Under the pieces are notes generated by a model. That model saw nothing but the letters and a program-made list of their open reading frames with translations, was not told where the DNA came from and did no database searches. Made by a program: the position numbers and the translations under genes. From an uncultured delta proteobacterium (lineage in GTDB: Bacteria > Myxococcota > Myxococcia > Myxococcales > Anaeromyxobacteraceae), in assembly GCA_963814585.1 (NCBI GenBank), contig CAWFDF010000008.1, positions 576,001 to 640,000 on the forward strand: a DNA stretch of 64,000 nt, given 5' to 3'. Positions 43,038 through 51,481 of the stretch are shown piece after piece. Position 1 is the stretch's first letter, and every line of letters starts with the position of its first letter.

Positions 43038-46000
43038 ATGACCGAACCCGCCGCCACCCCCCGCGAGATCCCCTTCAACTACACGTCCGCCGACGACCGC
43101 CAGGCCGTCACCTTCCTGCTGGGCGAGGAGGTCTGGACCAAGCTGGAGACGCTGCGCGGCCGGCGCGTCACTGGCCGCTCGGCGCGCCTGCTGATGCGGG
43201 TGCTGGGCGAGGTCCTGGTCCACCGCCGCAACGCCTTCCTGCTGCAGGAGCTGGTCGATTCGGCGCGCCGCCGCCGCCGCCTGCTCGAGAACATCGAGAA
43301 GGATCTCGCGGTCATCGACCGGAGCGCCGCCGGCGAGCCGCTGGTCCAGGAGGTGCTGGCCGCCTGCCGGACGCTGGTGACCCGCTTCCGCGCCGAGATC
43401 GACGGCCTCCCCGACCTGCGCCGCAGGATGGCGCGCGAGCTGGGGGCGGTCGTCGGCCGCAAGAACGTCCTCTTCGACCCGTTCACGCTGGTCTCCCACG
43501 CCACCGACGCCACCGACTGGCGGCTCCACCTCCCGGTGGCGGTGGTGATGCCGGACGACGAGGGGCAGGTGGCGCCGGCGCTGGCCGCCATCGCCCGGCT
43601 CGGCCTCAAGGCCATCCCTCGCGGAGCCGGCACCGGCCTCACCGGCGGCGCCGTGCCGCTGCGCGCCGACTGCGTGGTGGTCAACACCGAGAAGCTCAAC
43701 CGCATCCGCGGCCTCGGCCAGCGCGACGTGACCCTGCGCGACGGCACCACCGGCCGGGCCCATGTCCTGGAGGTGGAGGCGGGCGTCATCACCGAGAAGG
43801 CCATGGAGTTCGCCGCCGAGCGCGGCCTGGTCTTCGCCACCGATCCCACCAGCGCCTGGGCGTGCACGGTGGGCGGCAACATCGCCGAGAACGCCGGCGG
43901 CAAGGACTGCGTGCTGTGGGGCACCTGCATCGACAACCTGATCTCCTGGCGGATGGCCATGCCGAGCGGCCGGCGCTGGACGGTGCGGCGCGCCGACCAC
44001 CAGCTCCGCAAGATCCTCCCCGAGGACACGGTCACCTTCGAGGTGCTCGACGAGGCCGGGGCCGCGGTGAGGCGGATCGCCCTCTCCGGGGGCGAGATCC
44101 GCAAGAAGGGGCTGTGGAAGGACATCACCAACAAGGCGCTGGGCGGTGTCCCCGGGCTGCAGAAGGAGGGGACCGACGGCGTCATCACCTCCGCCGAGTT
44201 CATCCTCTACCCGGAGTACGAGGCGAAGCGGACCCTGTGCCTGGAGTTCTTCGGCGCCGACATGGAGGAGGCCAGCCAGGTCATCGTCGACCTCTCCCGC
44301 GCCTTCCCCTTCCCCAACCGGGGCCAGGAAGCGCTCATGGCGCTCGAGCACTTCGACGACGAGTACGTGCGGGCCATCGGCTACGAGGTCAAGGCGCCGC
44401 GGGCCGAGACGCCCCGAGGCGGTGCTCCTCATCGACGTGGTGGGCCACTCGGCGGCCGAGGCGGCGCGGGGGGTGGACACCATCCGCGCCATCCTCGCCC
44501 CGCACCCCAACACCCTGCTCTTCGAGGCCCGAGATCCGGCCGAGGCGAAGAAGTTCTGGGCCGACCGGAAGAAGCTGGGCGCCATCGCCCGGCGCACCAA
44601 CGCCTTCAAGATGAACGAGGACGTGGTGCTCCCGCTCTCCGCGCTGGCGGAGTTCGCCCGCTTCACCGACGCCCTCAACGTGGAGGAGGAGCGGTACGCG
44701 CAGGGGCGGTTCGTCGATCGCGCCGAGGCGCTGCTGCAGGCCGCCACCGCCGGGCAGGACGATCCGGAGTGGCTGCTGGCCAAGATCCCGGCCGCGCTGG
44801 CCCGCTGCCAGCAGGCCCGCGCCGAGCTCGCCGCCGCCGGCGTCCAGGTGCTCCGGGCGGTCGACGTGGTGGCCGACCTGCGCCACGACCTCGCCGAGCT
44901 GGTCCGTGGCTACCCCAAGCTCTCCGCCGGACTCGACCAGGTCCACAAGGAGGTCCGGGACCGCCGCATCGTCATCGCCACCCACATGCACGCCGGCGAC
45001 GGCAACGTCCACGTCAACGTGCCGGTCCTCTCCAACGACCGGCCCATGCTGGACCGGTGCGACCACGTCCTCGACACGGTGATGGCGCGGGTCATGGCGC
45101 TGGGCGGCGTGGTCTCGGGCGAGCACGGCATCGGCATCACCAAGCTCAAGTACCTCGAGCCCCGCCGCGTCGAGGAGCTCCGCGCCCACCGCCACCAGGT
45201 GGACCCGCACGGCCTGATGAACCCCGGCAAGCTCGACGACCTCGACGTGCTCGAGCGGGTCTTCACCCCGTCCTTCAACCTGCTCGAGCTGGAGGCGCGC
45301 ATCCTCCAGCACGGGCAGCTGGAGGAGCTGGCCCGGGCCATCGCCCACTGCGTCCGCTGCGGCAAGTGCAAGCCCGACTGCTGCGTCTACCACCCGGCGC
45401 GCGGCATGTTCTTCCACCCGCGCAACAAGAACCTGGCCATCGGCGCGCTCATCGAGGCGCTCCTCTACGACGCCCAGCGCGAGCGCTCCACGCGCTTCGA
45501 GCTGCTGGGCTGGCTGGAGGAGGTGGCGGACCACTGCACCATCTGCCACAAGTGCCTGAAGCCCTGCCCGGTCGACATCGACACTGGCGAGGTCTCGGTG
45601 CTGGAGCGCGGCATCCTCGGCGCCCTCGGCTACAAGCGGACCACCTTCGCCACCGCCGCCACGCTCCGCTACCTCGACAGCCGCTCGCCGGCGCTCAACG
45701 CCGCCTTCCGGGCCACGGTGCTGCGGCTCGGTGGGGCGGTGCAGCGGGCCGGCTGCGCCATGGTCGCGCCCATCCAGCCGGCCGACCACGCTCCCCGCTA
45801 CTACCCGCTGCAGCTGCTCCGCTCGCCGGTCCCGCCGGTGCCGGCCGAGACCCTCCACGATCTCCTGCCCGCCTGCGAGCCCGACCAGGTCCTGCTGCTG
45901 GAGCCGGAGGGCGAGGCGGCCCGCACCGTCTTCTACTTCCCCGGCTGCGGCTCGGAGCGCCTCCACAGCCAGATCTCCATGGCGGCGCTGCACGTCCTGC

Positions 46001-46671
46001 TCTCCACCGGCACCCGCGTGGTGCTGCCGCCGCCCTTCCTCTGCTGCGGCTTCCCCCACCACGCCAACGCCAGGGAACACCAGCACTCGCGGATGGTGCT
46101 GCGCGACACCATCCTCTTCAGCCAGATCCGCGAGATGTTCTCCTACCTGCAGTTCGACGCCTGCGTGATCACCTGCGGCACCTGCCGGGAGGGGCTCGAG
46201 CAGATGGGGGCGGCGACGATCTTCGGCGGGCGCCTGGTGGACGTGGCGGCCTTCGCGGCCGAAGGCGGACTCCGGGTGGAGGGCGGCGGCGACTACCTCT
46301 ACCACCCCCCCTGCCACGACTCCCTCGACGGCAGGGCCGGCGAGCTGATCACCCGGCTCGGCGGCTTCACCACGGTGAAGCCGGTCGGCCACTGCTGCTC
46401 CGAGGCCGGCACGCTCGCCCTCTCCCGCCCCGACATCACCGACGCCATGCTCCACCGCAAGCGCGAGGCCCTGGCGGAGGCCATGCACGGTCAGCCGAGC
46501 GCCACCATCCTCACCAACTGCCCATCCTGCGTGCAGGGGCTGGGGCGGAACCTGCCGCTCGGCGTCACACCACAGCACCTGGTGGTGGCGCTGGCGGAGC
46601 GGCTCTCCGGCGCCGGCTGGCAGGAGCGCTTCCGCGTCCAGGTGGCCGGGGCCCGGGCCGTCCAGTTCTAG
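43038..46671 (+). CDS. DUF3683-type FAD-linked oxidase / 4Fe-4S / CCG fusion, one frameshift near 44413
   Basis: REIPFNYTSADD, PRGAGTGLTGG, GGNIAENAGG, HAGDGNVH, GEHGIG, CVRCGKC, CTICHKC..CP and CCG. An extra C in acgccccgag restores ETPEAV. Confidence 0.88.
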
Positions 46672-46693
46672 GTCGCCGGCCTCGCGACCACCC

Positions 46694-48079
46694 TCACCCG
46701 CCGCCGAGGACGAGCGGCACCTCGTGGTGGTACGGATCGCCCTGGAACCTCGGGAAGATCATGAGCCGCGCCGCGCTCTTCAGGCACTGGCCCATCTCGG
46801 TGGTGTTGAGCGCCTGGTCGTCCAGCGTCGGGTAGGTGACGGTGCCGTTGGTGTTGATGGTGATGCGGAGCGCCACCCGGCGGCCGTCGAGCTTCACGCC
46901 GGAGGTGCTGGCGCTGGCGATGCATGCGCTGAAGGCCCTCCGGTTGGCCCCCACCACCCGGTCCACCACCTCCGGCGTCAACGCCGCCGAGGCGTCCGGC
47001 AGGTCGGGCTGGCGTGGCTCGCTGCGCGGCTCCATGACCTCCGGTGCCGGAGGCGGCTCCGGGGGCGGCGCCGGCTTCCTCTCCGCCACCCTGGGCTCTG
47101 GCGCCCGCTCTGGCCTCCGTTCGGGCGCCCTGGCCCTGGGCTCCGGCCTGGGCTCGGGACTCCTCTCCTCCTCCCTGGGTGCGGGCGCACTCCCGGCCGC
47201 CGGCCCCGGCGCGGCGAGCCTGGTCTCGGCTTCCGGCGGCCTGGGTGGCTCGGGGGCGGGCGCGGCCACCGGTACGACCGCCACCGACGGTGCTGGCGCT
47301 GGGGTGCCTCCCGTTCCTCGCAGCGCGTAGGCGGCGATCCCGACGAGGGCCAGCAGCCCCAGGCCGATGATGGCGAGGGGCACGGGACCCAGGCCGCTCT
47401 TCGGCGGCCTGGCCCGGGGCGGCGCCGGCCTGGCCGGCCGCGGCGCGGGCGGCGGGGGCGGCGCGGCGATCGGCGTCGCGCCCGACCAGGAGTCCGGGAG
47501 CGAGGCGCGGGCCGCCGCGGCGAAGGTGTCCTCCACCGGGCTCCTCGCGCCGCCCCCGGGATCGAGGAAGCCAGCGCCACCGGCCTGCCCGGCGGCCCCG
47601 CCGATCGGCCCTTCCATCGCCTCGGCGGCGGCGGCGGCGAAGTCCGCGAGCTCGTCCTTGTCGGGCGATGGCGGCGTCAGCGCGGGGTCCAGCAGCTGCG
47701 GCGTGGCCCCGGGCGCCTCGCCGGCCCGGGTCGGTGGCCCCTGGAACTCGGGCCCCTGGGCGCCGGCGGCGGAGTCGACGGCCATGGCCACTTCGGGCGG
47801 CAAGGGCAGCGGCTCGCCGGGCGGCACCGGCTGGAGCGGCACGATGGCGTCCTCGGAGATTGGCTCGGGCCACCCTGCCGGAGGAGGAGTCAGGGCCGGC
47901 TCCAGCGACAGCGTGGCCGAGGCGGCGGCGACGACCGGGATGCCGGTCTCGGTCCCGGCCTGACCCCTCACGGCGATGAGGTGGCCGCAGGCCCTGCACT
48001 TCAGCCTGTAGAGCTTGCCAGGCGCCGGATCTCCCGCGGTGGCGTACTTCTTCCCGCACCGGTCGCAGACGAATTTCAT
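46694..48079 (-). CDS. Zn-ribbon / TM / Pro-rich / AgmX-PglI-type C-terminal protein
   Basis: MKFVCDRC..CRAC, TM, Pro-rich linker, then LTPEVVDRVV..AFSACI..ITINTNGTV..GQCL..FPRF. Confidence 0.8.
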   Translation of the reverse strand: MKFVCDRCGKKYATAGDPAPGKLYRLKCRACGHLIAVRGQAGTETGIPVVAAASATLSLEPALTPPPAGWPEPISEDAIVPLQPVPPGEPLPLPPEVAMAVDSAAGAQGPEFQGPPTRAGEAPGATPQLLDPALTPPSPDKDELADFAAAAAEAMEGPIGGAAGQAGGAGFLDPGGGARSPVEDTFAAAARASLPDSWSGATPIAAPPPPPAPRPARPAPPRARPPKSGLGPVPLAIIGLGLLALVGIAAYALRGTGGTPAPAPSVAVVPVAAPAPEPPRPPEAETRLAAPGPAAGSAPAPREEERSPEPRPEPRARAPERRPERAPEPRVAERKPAPPPEPPPAPEVMEPRSEPRQPDLPDASAALTPEVVDRVVGANRRAFSACIASASTSGVKLDGRRVALRITINTNGTVTYPTLDDQALNTTEMGQCLKSAARLMIFPRFQGDPYHHEVPLVLGGG

Positions 48080-48186
48080 CCCCGGAGCGTACTGTCGCGC
48101 TCGCCGCCAGCGCAAGGATTCGCGAGGAACCCGGGCCCTCGTCCTCGAGGCCAGGCGCCAGTCCGTGGGGCAGGTAGAGTGCGGCC

Positions 48187-48945
48187 ATGGTCGCCTCGCC
48201 TCGCCTGGTCACGCCCGCCCTCCTGGCCGTCCTCGGCATGCTCCTCGCCATCGCCCCGCGGGCGGCGTCGGCTGTCGCGAAGCGGGCAGGCCTCCCCGGC
48301 CGTGTCGTGCTCGACGGGCAGCCGACCGAGGTGCGCTGGACCGACGGGGACTCCTTCCAGGTGGAGTCGGGGCCGCTCCGGGGCTTCGGCGCGAGGCTGC
48401 AGGGCTACAACACGCTCGAGGCCTACGGGCCGGTCCACCGCATCGCCGGGATGGGACCGGTGGCCCTGGAGGAGGTCGCCACCTCGACGGCGGCCCTGCT
48501 GGCCGGATCGATCTGGACCTGCGCGACCGAAGGGAAGCGGGACGGCTATGGCCGCGCCCTGGTGGCGTGCGCCGATGCCGCGGCGGCGCTGGTCCGCGCC
48601 GGCCATGCCATGGTCTTCGCCGTCGAGACCCGCCCCGACCCCTCCCTGCTGGCGCTGCAGCGGGAGGCGCAGGCGGCGAGGCGAGGCCTATGGGGAGGCG
48701 GCGTTCCGTCCGAGATCGTCACCAGCCTCCACTCGGCCGGGGAGCAGGCCCTGAAGGGGAAGCCACCCTACGATCGGCTGGTCGACACGCGAACCGGCGT
48801 GACCCGGCTGCGGCACCACCGGTCGAGCTACCGGACCTGCGAGGAGGTCTGCGTGGGCGAGCCGCCGGGCCGCAGCTGCATGGTCTACGTGCCCTTCGAG
48901 CGACGCTACCGCGACCGTCCGCCCTGTCTCGGCCCGAAGCGCTGA
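48187..48945 (+). CDS. Secreted thermonuclease (SNase) family protein
   Basis: Signal peptide; WTDGDSF, RLQGYNTLE, DGYGRAL and AQAARRGLW. Confidence 0.82.
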   Translation: MVASPRLVTPALLAVLGMLLAIAPRAASAVAKRAGLPGRVVLDGQPTEVRWTDGDSFQVESGPLRGFGARLQGYNTLEAYGPVHRIAGMGPVALEEVATSTAALLAGSIWTCATEGKRDGYGRALVACADAAAALVRAGHAMVFAVETRPDPSLLALQREAQAARRGLWGGGVPSEIVTSLHSAGEQALKGKPPYDRLVDTRTGVTRLRHHRSSYRTCEEVCVGEPPGRSCMVYVPFERRYRDRPPCLGPKR

Positions 48946-50384
48946 AGGTAGGCGCGCAGCCGGTGCTTGCGGGCGGCGCTCTCGCTGCTCATGAAGCGGA
49001 CCGTCCCGAGGATGGGCCGCTCCGGACCCCAGGCCCGGTCGTGCCGGCCCAGGCACCAGAGCAGTCCGCTCGCCGAGTTCGGATCACGCCCGTCCAGGGC
49101 CCAGCGGTCGTTGAGGGCGAAGAGGGTGTCGAGCGCCTCCTGCGCATCCCGGCTCCACTCCAGGATCTTCTTGCCCCAGAGCATGCGGAGCCGGTTGTGG
49201 ATGGTGCCGGCCTCCAGCAGCTGCCGCTGCGCCGCATTCCAGAGCGGATCGTGGGTCTCGGCCGCCTCCAGCGCGCGGAGGGTGTAGCGGGGGTCGCGCG
49301 GGTCCGAGGCGTGGCGCCGCAGCGTGGCCAGCGCCCAGGCCGGCAGCGAGGAGAGCTCCCGGTGATCGGCGCGGAACGCCGCCCAGCCGAAGCCGAGCTC
49401 GCGCCAGGTGATCACCTGGTCCAGGAAGGCCTCCGCCGAGGGAGAAAGCCCCCACCAGCCCTGGCGCGCGCCGCCGGCCGTCCCGGCCAGCCGCCCGGGC
49501 GTCCAGCCCTCGCGGTCGAGCACCGCCGCCACCACCTCCTCGGCGGCGAGGTGGCCATGGTGGAGCCACGGCGAGAGCGCGCTGGTCCCGTCGAGGTCGG
49601 GCTCGTCGCGGTCGGCGAGGTAGCCGTCGATCGGACCAGCCAGGAAGGCTGCCAGCCGGGCCTCGGCCGCCGCGGAGCCCCCCAGGCCCACCGGGGCGAC
49701 CGCGTGGTCGATGGGGAGGCTGGCGAGCAGCCGCGCCGGCGCGGCCAGGTCGCGTGGCGTGCAGCCCGGCCAGCGCCGCTGGAGCTCGCGCGGAAGGCCC
49801 GGCGCCGGCGGGAGGCGGACCCGGGCCAGGGGATCGGCGGCGGGACGGCGCTCCAGCCACGGTGGCAGGTGGCGCTGCAGCTGGCGGCGGAAGAGGAAGG
49901 CGGTGAGGAACTCCCGACCCGAGAGCCGGAACGGGAAGACGGTGGCGGCGTCGACCGCCTCCAGCCGGACGTCCAGCCCCTGGCCGAGGGCGTCCACCGC
50001 CCGCGCCGGCTCCCCCGGGACGTCGTCGGTCACCACCGCAGACGCCCGCGGCGCCATCGCCCGCAGCAGGCCCTCCACCGCTCCCGGCTTCGAGCCCACC
50101 AGCGGGTGGTAGGTGACCGGCCTCCGCGCCAGCCGCCGCTGGTTCTCCGCCATTCCGCCCAGCACGAAGGCGTGGTGGCGATCCGACGCCCGGGGCTCGT
50201 CGCAGGCGATGGTCTCGAGGATCAGCAGCGGCGCCTCGAGCGATCGCGCCAGCTCGACGGCCCTGGCCAGGGCGTGGTTCCAGCGGATCCGCCGCTGGGC
50301 GTGCATCCAGTAGAGGACCGGTCCACGGCCGGCGTGGAGCGGCGCGGCGTTGACGGTCCTGATCCGCTCGGCCGGGACGCTCAC
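48906..50384 (-). CDS. phr: Deoxyribodipyrimidine photolyase (class II-like)
   Basis: VLYWM, SALSPWLHHG, WRELG, THDPLWNAAQ, RMLWGKKILEW and LDGRDPNS. Confidence 0.9.
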   Translation of the reverse strand: MSVPAERIRTVNAAPLHAGRGPVLYWMHAQRRIRWNHALARAVELARSLEAPLLILETIACDEPRASDRHHAFVLGGMAENQRRLARRPVTYHPLVGSKPGAVEGLLRAMAPRASAVVTDDVPGEPARAVDALGQGLDVRLEAVDAATVFPFRLSGREFLTAFLFRRQLQRHLPPWLERRPAADPLARVRLPPAPGLPRELQRRWPGCTPRDLAAPARLLASLPIDHAVAPVGLGGSAAAEARLAAFLAGPIDGYLADRDEPDLDGTSALSPWLHHGHLAAEEVVAAVLDREGWTPGRLAGTAGGARQGWWGLSPSAEAFLDQVITWRELGFGWAAFRADHRELSSLPAWALATLRRHASDPRDPRYTLRALEAAETHDPLWNAAQRQLLEAGTIHNRLRMLWGKKILEWSRDAQEALDTLFALNDRWALDGRDPNSASGLLWCLGRHDRAWGPERPILGTVRFMSSESAARKHRLRAYLQRFGPRQGGRSR

Positions 50385-50393
50385 CGGGCGGCC

Positions 50394-51356
50394 TCAGGCG
50401 TGATTGCGGAGCATCAGCTCGCGCGGATCGGGATCGAGGTAGGCCTGCCCGAGCAGGTAGCCGGCGCCGTGGCGCCGCGCCGCGGAGCGGATCAGGGTGA
50501 GGGGCACCACCAGCGGGACGTGGCCGCGCCCGAAGTCGGCGATGGCCTCCTCCAGCTCGCGCCGCTCCTCCCGCGACGCCTCCTTGAAGTAGCCGGCGGC
50601 GTGCTGGAGCACGTTGACGTGGCGGCCCCGGGTGGCCGGGACCGCCAGCGCCCCGAGGAGCAGGGCCGCGTAGGCCTCGCCCACCACGGCGAGCGGCTTC
50701 CCCTTCACGCCGGCCACCAGCCTCCCGAGCCTGCGGTAGCCCTCCGGGCTGTGGGCCAGCACCGCGAGCTTCTGGGCGGTGTGAAAGGCCACCAGGCCGC
50801 CGCGGGTCAGCCCCTCGCCCAGCAGCGCCTTCCAGCGAGCGTGGGCGAAGATCCGCTCGACGAAGCTCTCGCGCAGGAGGGGGTCGTGGAGGCGCCCCTC
50901 CTCCTCGATGGGCAGGAGCGGCAGCCGGGCGCGGAGCACGGCGACGAAGGCACCGACGCCGTCGCGCCTGGGCGGCCCGCCCTTCGTGCCGTGGACGCGG
51001 ACCCGCTCGAGGCCGCAGGAGGGCGAGTCCTTCTTGGTGACCCAGCCGTCGAGGCCGAGGTGGCCCAGCCGTTCCACCCGCCTCGTGGCGTACGCCGCCA
51101 TCCGCCCGGTCCAGTCCTCGCCGGTGCGCTCGGCCACCAGCAGCGGCGCCTCGCTCCTCCCGGTCAGCCGGATGGAGGGCCGCGGCACCGGCATCCCCAC
51201 CTCCACCTCCGGGCAGACCGGCACCCACTCCACCAGCGGGCCGAGCAGGTCGACGCAGAAGGGGTCGCGCTTGTGGCCGCCGTCGTAGCGGACGGGCTGG
51301 CCGAGCAGGCAGGCCGAGATGCCGAGGCGGGGGCGGGGGCGGGCGGACGTGGTCAT
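50394..51356 (-). CDS. ybgA: DUF523-DUF1722 (YbgA-family; TudS/RudS-like thiouracil desulfidase)
   Basis: GISACLLG..VRYDGGHK, VCPEVEVG, SPSCG, EEEGRL, HVNVLQH and ELMLRNHA. Confidence 0.92.
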   Translation of the reverse strand: MTTSARPRPRLGISACLLGQPVRYDGGHKRDPFCVDLLGPLVEWVPVCPEVEVGMPVPRPSIRLTGRSEAPLLVAERTGEDWTGRMAAYATRRVERLGHLGLDGWVTKKDSPSCGLERVRVHGTKGGPPRRDGVGAFVAVLRARLPLLPIEEEGRLHDPLLRESFVERIFAHARWKALLGEGLTRGGLVAFHTAQKLAVLAHSPEGYRRLGRLVAGVKGKPLAVVGEAYAALLLGALAVPATRGRHVNVLQHAAGYFKEASREERRELEEAIADFGRGHVPLVVPLTLIRSAARRHGAGYLLGQAYLDPDPRELMLRNHA

Positions 51357-51424
51357 TCGCGGAGCAGGATACCCGAGCCCGCCGCACGAACCGTGCCGTG
51401 ATTCGCAGGCGGCCCGAACGCAAG

Positions 51425-51457
51425 CGGCCAGCCCCCCGGCACGGGCGGGGCTGGCCG
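51425..51457 (-). terminator. Hairpin downstream of the decaheme cytochrome gene
   Basis: cggccagcccc...ggggctggccg, an 11-bp stem about 25 nt past the stop. Confidence 0.55.
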
Positions 51458-51481
51458 AGTTGCGGAGGCGGGGCCTCCTGC

